Shown: positions 1 to 9,441, counted from the first letter of the stretch. The stretch is DNA of 32,000 bases from Geotalea daltonii FRC-32 (GCF_000022265.1 NC_011979.1:810001-842000), one strand, 5' to 3'. Notes: generated by a model from the letters alone, not told the origin. Numbers and translations are program-made.

Positions 1-910
1 CGATCTCCGGATCGAGATAAGTGCCGCGCATGCCGTCGATTGTTTCAATGATCTGCTCCCGGGAAAGTTTGCTGCGGTATGGCCGGTCCACGGAGAGCGC
101 ATCGTAGACGTCTGCGACAGCCACGATCCGGGCTTCCAACGGGATATCGTTTCCCTGCAAGCCTGAAGGATAGCCACGCCCGTCATAGCGTTCATGATGA
201 TAGAGGACGATGTTCTGTACGGCCTCAGAAAGGTTTGCCTTGCGAACCACGGTGCATCCCCAGACCGAGTGATTCTTTACCAGCTCGAATTCCTCCTCTG
301 TCAGTTGGCGGGGGGCATTCAGTACCGCCTCCGGAACGCCGATCTTGCCGCAGTCGTGGAGCCAGCTGCCGAATTTGATTTCTTCCTGTTTGTTCTCGCT
401 CACACCTAGTTTTATCGCGATCTGCATGGCAATGGTGGCCACACGGTCGCAGTGCCCTTTGGTACAGGCATCTTTCAGCTCGATGGTCTGCGCCAGGGAA
501 TGGAGGACGAATTCGTCCTCTCTCTTCAGGGATTGCAAGATGCGAAATCTGCGGATACCGTCCTTTACAGCCTTGACCATCTCCGTGTCTTTCCATGGTT
601 TGACGACAAAGCGGAAAACTTCACCATTGTTGATTGCGGAAAGGGTTGTGGCCAAGTCGGCGCTGCCGGTCATCATGATCTTCACCGTATGTGGTGAAAT
701 CTCCTTGATCTTTGCCAGCAGCTCAAGTCCGTTCATGCCGGGCATCTGGTTGTCGGCCACAACAACGGCAATTATATTCTGGTTGACAATCTGCAGCGCT
801 TCAATCCCCGAACTGGCTGTCAGAACAGTGAGTCCCCTGTTTTCGAAGAGCCCGCGCGTGTAGTCAAGATAGACCTTCTCATCATCGACAAAAAGAATGG
901 TTTCCGCCAT
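1..910 (-). CDS. Response regulator with CheY-like receiver and HD-GYP (RpfG-type c-di-GMP phosphodiesterase) domain. Partial: the C-terminus lies beyond the window edge.
   Basis: Absent from the ORF track because it runs off the edge. My reverse-strand translation from the ATG (complement of 908-910) reads MAETILFVDDEKVYLDYTRGLFENRGLTVLTASSGIEALQIVNQNIIAVVVADNQMPGMNGLELLAKIKEISPHTVKIMMTGSADL (receiver). It continues with GHCDRVATIAMQ, LHDCGKIGVP and YHHERYDGRGYPSGL (HD and GYP signatures). Confidence 0.85.
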   Translation of the reverse strand, partial: MAETILFVDDEKVYLDYTRGLFENRGLTVLTASSGIEALQIVNQNIIAVVVADNQMPGMNGLELLAKIKEISPHTVKIMMTGSADLATTLSAINNGEVFRFVVKPWKDTEMVKAVKDGIRRFRILQSLKREDEFVLHSLAQTIELKDACTKGHCDRVATIAMQIAIKLGVSENKQEEIKFGSWLHDCGKIGVPEAVLNAPRQLTEEEFELVKNHSVWGCTVVRKANLSEAVQNIVLYHHERYDGRGYPSGLQGNDIPLEARIVAVADVYDALSVDRPYRSKLSREQIIETIDGMRGTYLDPEI

Positions 911-1079
911 TTTTACCCCTCGATACAGCAAAACGCACAGAGTATACTGTTGAACTATTCGGCGTTTATGGCGTAAAACTTAGCCTGAAATTCACCCCAC
1001 ACTTCTTTATTTGCCAATTTGGCGCAAACCGGCTATCCTTGCTGCTGCTTGAAACCACCACCAAAGAAATGGAGTCCGC

Positions 1080-1715
1080 ATGCTCACTATTTGCAGAAGC
1101 GCCGCAGTTATGCTCATTCTTTTTGCCTTTCCTTACCTTTCCCATGCCGAAGGCCCGGTATCGACAGCCGGTCCGGCTGATATACCTGCTGCACAGACGG
1201 CGGCTCCGGCTGTAATCGTCGAGCCGGCGCCAACCGGAGAGACAAAGGCGGAGCGGGCGATAAAGTTCGGCTACGTGGATATGGTTAAAATCGGTAACGA
1301 TTCCAGCCAGGGGAGGGCGGCCAAGGCCAAATTCGAGGCCAAGGCCGATAAATACAAAGGACAGATAGCTGCAAAACAGAAACAGCTTGAGAAGCAGAAG
1401 AATGCCATTCAGGCAAAACTGGCCACCATGAGCCCCGAACAGCGGGCAGCCAAGGCCAAAGAGTTCGACAAAAAGGTTAATGATTTCCAGAAATATGTGC
1501 AGAAAGCGGAAAAGGAGATGCAGGATCTGCAGGAGGAAGTTTCCCGCAAGCTCTTTCTTGACCTTGAACAGGCAGTGGACGCCTATGGCAAAGCTAACGG
1601 ATTCACTGCCATATGTGTCAAGAAGGATGTTCTTTATTTAGCCAGTGGCGTTGACGTCCAGGATGTTACAGACTCGATCCTGAAACTGGTGAATGAAAAA
1701 GGATCGAAACCTTGA
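1080..1715 (+). CDS. Periplasmic chaperone of the Skp/OmpH family
   Basis: 211 aa with an N-terminal signal peptide (LILFAFPYLSHAEG). The body is Lys/Gln/Ala/Glu-rich coiled coil (KAKFEAKADKYKGQIAAKQKQLEKQKNAIQAKL...EFDKKVNDFQKYVQKAEKEMQDLQEE), typical of OmpH-family proteins. An intrinsic terminator follows. Confidence 0.65.
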   Translation: MLTICRSAAVMLILFAFPYLSHAEGPVSTAGPADIPAAQTAAPAVIVEPAPTGETKAERAIKFGYVDMVKIGNDSSQGRAAKAKFEAKADKYKGQIAAKQKQLEKQKNAIQAKLATMSPEQRAAKAKEFDKKVNDFQKYVQKAEKEMQDLQEEVSRKLFLDLEQAVDAYGKANGFTAICVKKDVLYLASGVDVQDVTDSILKLVNEKGSKP

Positions 1716-1741
1716 ACCTTTGAATTTGGCTGAATGATAAA

Positions 1742-1767
1742 AGGCCTGCCGATGCAGGCTTTTTTTA
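1742..1767 (+). terminator. Rho-independent terminator after the skp-like gene
   Basis: AGGCCTGC-cgat-GCAGGCT stem-loop followed by a run of 7 T. Confidence 0.8.
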
Positions 1768-1839
1768 TGTCATCCGCTACTAATGAACTGCTTCACTTGT
1801 ATTGATCCAAAACAATAAGAGTAAAGATGGAGAGAGAAG

Positions 1840-3468
1840 ATGATTCACCTGTCTAGCATCACAAAACAGCACGGTTCACAGCTGCTCTTCCGCGACGCTT
1901 CGTTCCAGATTCTGCCTGGCAGCCGCACCGGCCTGGTGGGCCCTAACGGTGCGGGCAAAACCAGCATCTTCCGCATCATTACCGGCGAAGAGGAGGTGGA
2001 TGCGGGGGAGATTACCCTGGCAAAGAATACCATCATCGGCTACTTCTCCCAGGATGTGGGGGATATGGCAGGGCGTTCCGCCCTGGCGGAGGTCATGGCC
2101 GGCGCCGGGGATACGGTTCAACTGGCAGCCGAGCTTAAAAAGATGGAGGAAGCCATGTGTCTGCCGATGGCGGACGATGAAATGGCTGAACTGCTTGAAC
2201 GGTACGGCATTGCCATGGAAGAATTCGAACACAAGGGAGGCTATGATCTGGATTCTCGCGCCCAGGCGGTGCTGACCGGGCTCGGGATAGGTCCGGACCG
2301 GTTCAACCATTCAGTGGAATCCTTCAGCGGTGGCTGGAAAATGCGCATCGCACTGGCGAAGATCCTGACCCTGAATCCTGATGTACTTCTTCTGGATGAG
2401 CCGACCAACCATCTGGATGTGGAATCCATCGTCTGGCTAGAGGAATGGCTGGCAACGGAGTTCAAGGGGGCTCTGCTCATGACCAGCCACGACCGTGACT
2501 TCATGAACCGCATCGTCAGCCGTATCGTAGAGGTGGCCAACAAAACCGTCACCACCTATGGCGGTAATTACGATTTTTACGAGCGGGAGCGCGCTGTTCG
2601 CCATGAGCAGCTCCTGGCAAGCCATAAGCGGCAGCAGGAGATGCTGGCCAAGGAAGAGGAATTTATTTCCCGTTTTGCTGCCCGTGCCTCACATGCTGCC
2701 CAGGTTCAGTCCCGGGTGAAAAAACTGGAGAAGATTGATCGGATCGAGATACCACCTGAGGAAAAAACGGTGCGCTTTCAGTTCAATGAGCCGCCGAGAA
2801 GCGGTGACGATGTGGCCGCAATGGACCGGCTGGGGAAGTGCTGGCTGACCCCGGACGGCATGGAAAAATCAGTGTTCGGCGGCGTCTCGGGTATCATTCG
2901 CAGGCAGAACAAGGTGGCGGTGGTCGGGGTTAACGGTGCCGGCAAATCGACTTTTTTGAAGATGCTTGCCGGACAGACCGAACCGACGACCGGCAGCGTC
3001 GCCTTGGGTGCCAATGTGGAGGTGGGATACTTCAGTCAGCATGCCATGGAGCTTCTCGATGCAAGAAAGACGGTGTTCGAGACGATGCAGGATGCCATGC
3101 CTCTTGCCAACATCGGCGTCATCAGGAACCTCCTTGGCGCATTTCTCTTTCAGGGGGATGCAGTGGATAAAAAGGTAGGCAACCTGTCCGGGGGAGAGAA
3201 AAGCCGGGTGGTGCTGGCAACGCTGCTGGCCAGGCCAGTGAACTTCCTCATTCTTGATGAACCTACCAACCATCTGGATATCAGATCCCGTGAGATTCTG
3301 CTGGAAGCGCTGCAGAGCTTCACCGGCACAGTAGTACTGGTCAGCCACGACCGGCATTTTCTCAGGTTGCTGGTAAATCGTGTTTTTGAGGTTGATCATG
3401 GTGAGATGAGGGTCTACGAGGGAGATTATTCCTACTATCTTGCAAAATCACGAGCCGAGGCTGCTTGA
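1840..3468 (+). CDS. ABC-F family ATPase (two ABC cassettes, no transmembrane domain; YbiT/Uup/EttA-like)
   Basis: 542 aa. There are two Walker A motifs (GPNGAGKTS and GVNGAGKST) and two ABC signatures (FSGGWKMR and LSGGEKSR). There are two Walker B motifs (LLLDEPTNHLD and LILDEPTNHLD) and a charged inter-domain linker (QQEMLAKEEEFISRF). Confidence 0.9.
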   Translation: MIHLSSITKQHGSQLLFRDASFQILPGSRTGLVGPNGAGKTSIFRIITGEEEVDAGEITLAKNTIIGYFSQDVGDMAGRSALAEVMAGAGDTVQLAAELKKMEEAMCLPMADDEMAELLERYGIAMEEFEHKGGYDLDSRAQAVLTGLGIGPDRFNHSVESFSGGWKMRIALAKILTLNPDVLLLDEPTNHLDVESIVWLEEWLATEFKGALLMTSHDRDFMNRIVSRIVEVANKTVTTYGGNYDFYERERAVRHEQLLASHKRQQEMLAKEEEFISRFAARASHAAQVQSRVKKLEKIDRIEIPPEEKTVRFQFNEPPRSGDDVAAMDRLGKCWLTPDGMEKSVFGGVSGIIRRQNKVAVVGVNGAGKSTFLKMLAGQTEPTTGSVALGANVEVGYFSQHAMELLDARKTVFETMQDAMPLANIGVIRNLLGAFLFQGDAVDKKVGNLSGGEKSRVVLATLLARPVNFLILDEPTNHLDIRSREILLEALQSFTGTVVLVSHDRHFLRLLVNRVFEVDHGEMRVYEGDYSYYLAKSRAEAA

Positions 3469-3480
3469 GGTGGAGCTGGC

Positions 3481-4146
3481 TCAGATTTCTTCCCCACCAT
3501 TCAGGGACTGCGTTCTCACCTTCACCGGCAGACTGCGGCCGGTCAGCTTGCGATAAAGGCCGGCAAGGAACCTGATAGTTACCACCTTGTGGATATAGGC
3601 CTGGGTCAGCCTGTAAGAGACTTTCCTCAACCGGGAAGGCCTGCTGCTTCCCAGGAGGAGCGGACAGTAGTCGCTTAATTCGACACTTACGGTGACATCG
3701 CCGCCAAATCCTTTTGCCGTAAGACGAAACCTGCCCCGCTCACATTCTCCTTGTTGGACTAGAAAACCGCCAGAGAGGCAGAGAGTTACTTCGTATGACT
3801 CCGGATCCCCATGTATTACAGGGGGAGAGAAGCTGAGCAGGCTGAGGCTGGACCCCAACAGGCGGAAATGTATGCCCCCGTTGACCTTCGCTGGCCTGAT
3901 AAGAGTCAAGGTGCATCGCCTGATATGGCTCAAATAAAGGTCAAGGAGTTCAGGGGGGAACTCCGGCAATTTTAATACTTCATGCTCTATCTGTAACCAT
4001 TGTTTTGAATATACTGAGGCATCGGGCAGCAGAACCTGCTGTGACCACACCTCCAGTTTTTCATCATCTCTGATTGGCAAAGCTTCCCTCCGAGCTGGCA
4101 ATTTAGACAGTTTATCACCTTTTGTCCCTGCTGTGCCCCTTGCCAT
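3481..4146 (-). CDS. Hypothetical protein, possibly DUF2867/SRPBCC-like (weak call)
   Basis: 221-aa ORF, divergent from the SDR gene, with no recognisable catalytic motifs. The C-terminal YRLTQAYIHKVVTIRFLAGL resembles the conserved C-terminus I recall for DUF2867, which is fused to an SDR in E. coli YbjT. There is no clear SD before the ATG at 4146, so the start is uncertain. Confidence 0.45.
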   Translation of the reverse strand: MARGTAGTKGDKLSKLPARREALPIRDDEKLEVWSQQVLLPDASVYSKQWLQIEHEVLKLPEFPPELLDLYLSHIRRCTLTLIRPAKVNGGIHFRLLGSSLSLLSFSPPVIHGDPESYEVTLCLSGGFLVQQGECERGRFRLTAKGFGGDVTVSVELSDYCPLLLGSSRPSRLRKVSYRLTQAYIHKVVTIRFLAGLYRKLTGRSLPVKVRTQSLNGGEEI

Positions 4147-4214
4147 GCAAGGAATTGTTGCTTTTGGGAGAATCTGTGTAAAACTGCCTATGAGTCCAAT
4201 TGGCTGGAGGCAGT

Positions 4215-5141
4215 ATGGAACCGGGAGAAGGAACGGTACTTGTCACTGGGGCCACCGGCTTTATCGGCGGCAGACTGGTCAACGCCCTCTTGCAGGACGG
4301 CTTCAGGGTGCGTTGCCTGGTGAGGAAAAAGAGTAGCGCGCTTCCTGCACAGGCGCAGCAGGTGGAGGGGGATCTGCTGGAAGTTTCGACTGTGCCTGAG
4401 GCCATGAAGGGGATCGATACCGCTTTTTATCTGGTTCATTCCATGGCAGGAAAGAGGGCAGGATTCGAAGAGAGGGACAGGAATGCTGCCGGGAATTTTT
4501 CTGTTGCGGCAGATAATGCCCACGTTCGCAGAGTTATTTACCTGGGCGGACTTGGAGAAGTAACGGCGAATCTCAGCGAGCATCTGGCAAGCCGGCTGGA
4601 GGTGGCTAATATACTGAGACGTGGCCGGTTCAGCACCACCGTTCTTCGTGCTGCAGTGATTATCGGTGCCGGTGGCGCCTCATACGAAATGATCCGGTTT
4701 CTCGTTGACAGGCTGCCGGTGATGATAACGCCGCGCTGGGTATCCACCAGGTGTCAACCAATAGCTGTCAATGATGTGGTCAGATATCTTGTCGGTTGTC
4801 TCAGGGGCGAGGACACTGCTGGTCAGGTTTTTGATATCGGCGGACCGGAAATATTGAGCTACCGGGAAATGATGGAGCGTTTTGCGCGCATCAGCGGGCG
4901 TATAAATTTCATTGTTCCTGTCCCATTTCTGACACCGCGTCTTTCCTCATATTGGGTCGGACTGATTACGCCGGTTAAGCCGTCCATTTCGATGCCCTTG
5001 ATCGAAGGTTTGAAAAACGAGGTGATCTGCCGGGATCACAAGATAAGAGAGCTTGTACCGATGGATCTGACCACCTATGATGAAGCAGTCCGCCTTGCTT
5101 TGGCAGAGACGTCATCGGAAATGAATAAGGATAAAAAGTGA
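4215..5141 (+). CDS. NAD(P)-binding atypical short-chain dehydrogenase/epimerase-family protein (YbjT/NmrA-like)
   Basis: Rossmann motif VLVTGATGFIGGRLV sits near the N-terminus. The ORF track starts at a TTG at 4200. I prefer the ATG at 4215 because GGAGG (4206-4210) lies 4 nt upstream. Confidence 0.8.
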   Translation: MEPGEGTVLVTGATGFIGGRLVNALLQDGFRVRCLVRKKSSALPAQAQQVEGDLLEVSTVPEAMKGIDTAFYLVHSMAGKRAGFEERDRNAAGNFSVAADNAHVRRVIYLGGLGEVTANLSEHLASRLEVANILRRGRFSTTVLRAAVIIGAGGASYEMIRFLVDRLPVMITPRWVSTRCQPIAVNDVVRYLVGCLRGEDTAGQVFDIGGPEILSYREMMERFARISGRINFIVPVPFLTPRLSSYWVGLITPVKPSISMPLIEGLKNEVICRDHKIRELVPMDLTTYDEAVRLALAETSSEMNKDKK

Positions 5142-5153
5142 GGACTGAAGCCA

Positions 5154-5993
5154 ATGCTTGAAATCGGCAGATACAATGAGCTAGAGGTGAAAAAGCTGAG
5201 CCCACAGGGGGCCTACCTGCAGTCAGAGTTGGGGGAGATACTGCTGCCGCGGAGATATGTTCCTGCTGGTTTGCAACAGGGGGACCGGCTGCGGGTTTTC
5301 ATTTATCTCGATTCCGAAGACAGGCTGATTGCTACGACACAGAGAGCTCGGGCGCAGGTTGGAGAATTTGCTCTGCTGACAGTGAAGGAAGCCGGTGCCA
5401 TTGGGGCCTTCCTCGATTGGGGGCTGGATAAAGACATTCTCGTGCCCTTTGCCGAGCAAAATGTCCCCATGAGAAGAGGAGAAAGGCATCTGGTCAGGCT
5501 GTACCTGGACAAGTCGGAACGGGTTTCGGCATCGGCGCGCATCGACAGGTTTTTGGATAATGAACGGATAGTACTGGAGCAGGGCGAAGAGGTCGACCTT
5601 GTCATTTACCAGTTTACCGATCTGGGAGCCAAGGTAATCATAAACGGCATTTATTCCGGGCTGTTGTTCAAGAACGAGTTGTACGGCCGGCCAGGAATAG
5701 GGAGCAGGCTGAAGGGGTACGTGAAAAAAGTCAGGGACGACAAAAAAATCGACGTCACTTTGAAGAAAAGCGGTATTCAAGGCCTCGATACCAGTCGGGA
5801 TAGAATCCTGAAAACTTTGGCGACGACCGGTGGTTTTCTGCCCCTGACAGATAAAAGTTCTCCGGATGTCATAGCAGAAGTGTTGAAGATGAGTAAGAAG
5901 ACCTTTAAAAAAGCTGTCGGCAGCCTTTACAAGGATGGATTTATCGATCTCAAGGAAGAAGGGATCGAGATTAGAGGCAGTCGAGAGAAATAG
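5154..5993 (+). CDS. S1 RNA-binding domain protein of the CvfB/YitL family
   Basis: 279 aa. It has repeated S1-like modules and the family-typical C-terminal winged-helix segment MSKKTFKKAVGSLYKDGFI. Confidence 0.8.
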   Translation: MLEIGRYNELEVKKLSPQGAYLQSELGEILLPRRYVPAGLQQGDRLRVFIYLDSEDRLIATTQRARAQVGEFALLTVKEAGAIGAFLDWGLDKDILVPFAEQNVPMRRGERHLVRLYLDKSERVSASARIDRFLDNERIVLEQGEEVDLVIYQFTDLGAKVIINGIYSGLLFKNELYGRPGIGSRLKGYVKKVRDDKKIDVTLKKSGIQGLDTSRDRILKTLATTGGFLPLTDKSSPDVIAEVLKMSKKTFKKAVGSLYKDGFIDLKEEGIEIRGSREK

Positions 5994-6013
5994 TCCCAGT
6001 CGGGAGGCCTTGC

Positions 6014-6217
6014 CTAACCAGCCCTTTTTACATTTGCCGCCTGTGGTCCCTTCGGCCCCTTGACCACGTCAAAGGTCACCGCATCCCCTTCGTTGAGGGT
6101 CTTGAAACCTTCGCCGCTGATGGCCGAAAAATGCACAAAGACATCCTCACCAGTATCTCTGGAAATGAAGCCGAAACCCTTACTTTCATTAAACCACTTC
6201 ACTATTCCCTTTTCCAT
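6014..6217 (-). CDS. Cold-shock protein (CspA family)
   Basis: 67 aa. [33 protein letters not shown] contains the RNP1 (KGFGFI) and RNP2 (VFVHF) motifs. GAGAGGAA serves as the SD. Confidence 0.95.
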   Translation of the reverse strand: MEKGIVKWFNESKGFGFISRDTGEDVFVHFSAISGEGFKTLNEGDAVTFDVVKGPKGPQAANVKRAG

Positions 6218-6260
6218 TGATTCCTCTCTTTATTTGCTGAATGAGCTCCTTTATTGGTAA

Positions 6261-6288
6261 ACTCTAACAACGGGGTGGCAGTTGTCAA
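6261..6288 (-). promoter_or_regulatory. Putative sigma70 promoter of the cold-shock gene
   Basis: The minus strand reads TTGACA (complement of 6283-6288), a 16-nt spacer, then TAGAGT (complement of 6261-6266). This implies a 5' UTR of about 35-40 nt. Confidence 0.5.
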
Positions 6289-6417
6289 GGTACTCCTGTT
6301 TTCAGAGACATTGGTTTTTATGTGCAAAATTTATGTAATCATGATTTTAAATTTGTGTTATAAACCCAAGTCGCTTGGAAATAAGCGGTTAACTACTATC
6401 ATTTTTTTGAGATTAAA

Positions 6418-8571
6418 ATGGATCTGTCTATGAAAATCAAACGGTATCGCAATTGGCCCATACTGCTGAAGATCATGTCTATTCCAGTTCTAAGCCTTTT
6501 GTTGATAGTTCTTGGCACCAAGCTGGTCATCGTTCCCCGAATAGAAGCCTGGCTGATGGAACAGGAAAAACTCAAGGTACAGAGTGTGGTAGAGGTTGCC
6601 TATCAGCAGGTAGCCCAGGGGGCTCTGGCAGTGTCGCAGCGGAATATTTCCGTGGAGGAAGCGCAGAAAGAGGTGGTTTCCAGGATCAAGGAGTTGCGCT
6701 ATGCGGGCAAGGAATATTTCTGGATCAACGACCTGTCCCCGCGGATGATCATGCACCCTACCAAACCCGAGCTCGATGGTACGGACCTCACCGACTACAA
6801 GGATCCCAATGGCAAGCATCTCTTCAAGGAGTTTGCCAGGGTTTGTGAAACGAAGGGGGAGGGTTTTGTTGATTACATGTGGCCCAAACCCAATGAAACC
6901 GAGCCTTCGCCCAAGATTTCCTACGTCAAGCTCTATGAACCCTGGGGCTGGATTATCGGCAGCGGTCTCTATGTGGACGCCTTCCAAGCCAAGGTTAAGG
7001 ATCTGCACAACTTCATTCTGGCGGCTTCCCTGATTGCTTCCCTGCTGTTGGTCATCCTTGCCTGGTCGGTGGGCAGAGGGATAAAGCGTTCCATCGGCCA
7101 GGGATGTACTTTCGCAGCTGCAGTGGCGTCGGGGGACCTGACCAGGACCCTTAACATCAACCGTGAAGATGAAACGGGCACCCTCGGCAGTTCTCTCAAT
7201 TCAATGGTGAACGGTCTACGCTCCATGATCGGCAGAGTTACCCTGACTGTCGGTGAGCTTACTATCTCTGCTGAAGAGATAGCAGGCGCTTCGCGGAAGA
7301 TGGTCATGTCTGCAGAGCAGCAGACGGCGGATGTTGCTGAAGTATCAGAAGCTTCAGCCCACATCCACGAACTGACCGACAAGGTAGCTACCGATGTGGA
7401 CGGACTTACCAGCCTGGCCGCGGAGAGTTCATCGGCGGTAACCGAGCTTGCAGCGAGCATCGAATCTGTAGCCGGCAACATGGAAAGCCTTGCTGCATCC
7501 GTTGACGGCATCGGTATTTCCATTACGCAAATGACCGATTCAATCAGAAACATCGATACAGGGGTCCAGGCCCTGACCGATACCTCGGTGACGACGGCAT
7601 CATCGGTCTTTGAATTTGATGCTTCCATACGACAAATAGAGGCTTATGCAAAGGAAAGCGCAGCCATTTCAGGTGAAGTGAGAAATGACGCAGAGATCGG
7701 CAGAAAAGCAGTAGAGGAAACAATAGCCGGCATTAACGGCATTACCGAGGCTTCTCGGGTTGCTGCCGACGCCATCGATGCACTTTCAGTCAAGGCCGAG
7801 AGTATCGGCTCCATCGTCACGGTCATCGACGAGATCGCACGACAGACCAATCTGCTTGCTCTTAATGCCTCGATCATTGCCGCCCAAACCGGGGAACACG
7901 GCAAGGGATTCGGCGTCGTTGCTGCCGAGATCAAGCAGCTTGCCGAAAGGACAACCATGTCGACACGGGAGATTGCCGAGGCAATCAATGGTGTTCAAAG
8001 TGAGACCAACAGGGCTGTGGACGCAATAGCCCTTGCCGAAGAGAGTATCAAGGCAGGTGAGACGCTTTCACTGCAGGCACGGGGCGCACTGGGCAAAATT
8101 GTCCAGGGTGTCGAGCGCACGGCGGTGCAACTGGCAGAAATAGCGCGGGCAACCAGGGAACAGGCTCTCGGCAGTGATCAGATCCGCAATGCCATGGAGC
8201 ATGTGACGGCCATGGCAAATTCCATCGCTGGGACCACCTTCGAGCAGCGCAAGGTGAGCGAGCTGATCTACGGCGAGGTCGGGCGGGTGAGGGCGTTTTC
8301 TTCGGAGGTTATGCTGTCCATGAAAGAACAGGCAAGGGTAGGCGATATGATCAGCCATATGACAAGGCGGGTGTCGGAGTCCAGCAGCGCCATCAGGGAG
8401 GCGTGTATCGAGCAGACCAGCGGCAGTTTGCGCATCAAAAGGATGGTGCATAGCATAAGCACCTCTACTCGAGCGGTGCTGGAGGAGACCAAGGTCGTCG
8501 ACAAGGGGGTCTCGAATATGGGGTCAAACACGGAGTTGCTGCAAAAGGAGGTGGCAGTGTTCAATCTCTGA
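6418..8571 (+). CDS. Methyl-accepting chemotaxis protein with periplasmic single-Cache domain, HAMP and an unusually long signalling domain
   Basis: 717 aa. TM1 spans about residues 14-40. The Cache-like region contains YFWINDLSPRMIMHPTKPELDG...GFVDYMWPKP...WGWIIGSGLYVD. TM2 spans about residues 197-217, followed by HAMP. The conserved hairpin tip is EIARQTNLLALNASIIAAQTGEHGKGFGVVAAEIKQLAERT, centred near residue 493. Confidence 0.9.
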   Translation: MDLSMKIKRYRNWPILLKIMSIPVLSLLLIVLGTKLVIVPRIEAWLMEQEKLKVQSVVEVAYQQVAQGALAVSQRNISVEEAQKEVVSRIKELRYAGKEYFWINDLSPRMIMHPTKPELDGTDLTDYKDPNGKHLFKEFARVCETKGEGFVDYMWPKPNETEPSPKISYVKLYEPWGWIIGSGLYVDAFQAKVKDLHNFILAASLIASLLLVILAWSVGRGIKRSIGQGCTFAAAVASGDLTRTLNINREDETGTLGSSLNSMVNGLRSMIGRVTLTVGELTISAEEIAGASRKMVMSAEQQTADVAEVSEASAHIHELTDKVATDVDGLTSLAAESSSAVTELAASIESVAGNMESLAASVDGIGISITQMTDSIRNIDTGVQALTDTSVTTASSVFEFDASIRQIEAYAKESAAISGEVRNDAEIGRKAVEETIAGINGITEASRVAADAIDALSVKAESIGSIVTVIDEIARQTNLLALNASIIAAQTGEHGKGFGVVAAEIKQLAERTTMSTREIAEAINGVQSETNRAVDAIALAEESIKAGETLSLQARGALGKIVQGVERTAVQLAEIARATREQALGSDQIRNAMEHVTAMANSIAGTTFEQRKVSELIYGEVGRVRAFSSEVMLSMKEQARVGDMISHMTRRVSESSSAIREACIEQTSGSLRIKRMVHSISTSTRAVLEETKVVDKGVSNMGSNTELLQKEVAVFNL

Positions 8572-8577
8572 CTCTTG

Positions 8578-8976
8578 CTAATGGTCGCTGAATCCCAGCG
8601 CAATCAGGATGCAGCTGCCATCACCGATGACATTGATGCCGCGGTCGCGGCAATAGGCGATGGCTGACTGGCTCTCAGCTCCCGGCTGCATCCAGATGTT
8701 TTTGATCCCCTTCCGGGCCGCCTCTTCCACAACCTTTTCCGTCACTGCCGGAGGGGTGATGATCGAGATACTGGTCACCTCAGCAGGCAGCTCTGAAACG
8801 GAACTTACGCATTCCTTCCCTTCGACCTGCTTTTCCTTTGGGTTCACTGGTATGACATTCAGACCGTGCTCCTGATAGCAACGTAAGACTCGATTTCCAT
8901 ATTTACTGCGGTCAGTTGATGCACCGACCACCCCGAATGCTTCTGCTTTGAAAAACTCTTCCATCTCTTTTCTCAT
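8578..8976 (-). CDS. CoA-binding domain protein (YccU-like)
   Basis: 132 aa. FGVVGASTDRSKYGNRVLR...VIPVNPK...IWMQPGAES matches the small CoA_binding_2-type family. Confidence 0.75.
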   Translation of the reverse strand: MRKEMEEFFKAEAFGVVGASTDRSKYGNRVLRCYQEHGLNVIPVNPKEKQVEGKECVSSVSELPAEVTSISIITPPAVTEKVVEEAARKGIKNIWMQPGAESQSAIAYCRDRGINVIGDGSCILIALGFSDH

Positions 8977-9009
8977 AAATCCCTCCTGTGGCAGCAGTTG
9001 GACATTTTT

Positions 9010-9441
9010 TCAAAAGAAGGGATACCCCTTCTGCCGTCGTCTTACAAGGTGCTCAACCAGAAAATAGGCGCGGATGAAGGGTATCTTCTTGCGAAACAGA
9101 TCGAAAAGGTCGACCCCGAAGTGGAACAAAAGCCCTGATAGAAACGGGATAAAGATGGGGTAGAAAAAAGCGAGGGTGGCGACAAGGAAGAAGAAATCGA
9201 AGGTGTGGAACAGGCACAAACCGTAGTAGGGTATATCGTGTTCAATCTTCCACAGTTCCTCGAAATACCTGAACATCCCGGATATACTGTAACGTTTGGT
9301 GCGCTGGATATAGCAGAGATAATGGTCGACATCGATCAGAATGCTACCGGTACAGAAGATAGCAATTTCCGCGTTTGACCAGAAGGGAAGCAAGGCGGCT
9401 GCAGCGACACCGGTAATGGCAAGATGTTGGTTCAGCGTCAT
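9010..9441 (-). CDS. Integral membrane protein, possibly a distant YdjM/DUF457-like membrane-bound metal-dependent hydrolase
   Basis: 143 aa with about 4 hydrophobic helices. It has an early His (NQHLAITG) and an IDVDH motif reminiscent of DUF457. The product call is weak. Confidence 0.4.
   Translation of the reverse strand: MTLNQHLAITGVAAAALLPFWSNAEIAIFCTGSILIDVDHYLCYIQRTKRYSISGMFRYFEELWKIEHDIPYYGLCLFHTFDFFFLVATLAFFYPIFIPFLSGLLFHFGVDLFDLFRKKIPFIRAYFLVEHLVRRRQKGYPFF

Noticed and set aside
79-863. Several track ORFs (79-378+, 194-409+, 225-596-, 345-863+ and 452-697+) at the window start.
   Set aside because: All of them overlap the well-supported minus-strand receiver/HD-GYP gene, which is in a different frame from 225-596. 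Their translations lack motifs.
1018-1045. A sigma-54-like TGGCGC...TTGCTG element upstream of the skp-like gene.
   Set aside because: The GG-to-GC spacing does not fit the strict GG-N10-GC rule. A sigma70-like TTGCCA-17 nt-TATCCT (1011-1039) fits better, but it is itself only moderate.
6361-6392. A sigma-28 (FliA)-like promoter upstream of the MCP gene: TAAA ... GCGGTTAA.
   Set aside because: The spacing between the TAAA and the GCCGATAA-like box is 20 nt rather than about 15 nt, and the -10-like box has two mismatches. This is not enough to call it.
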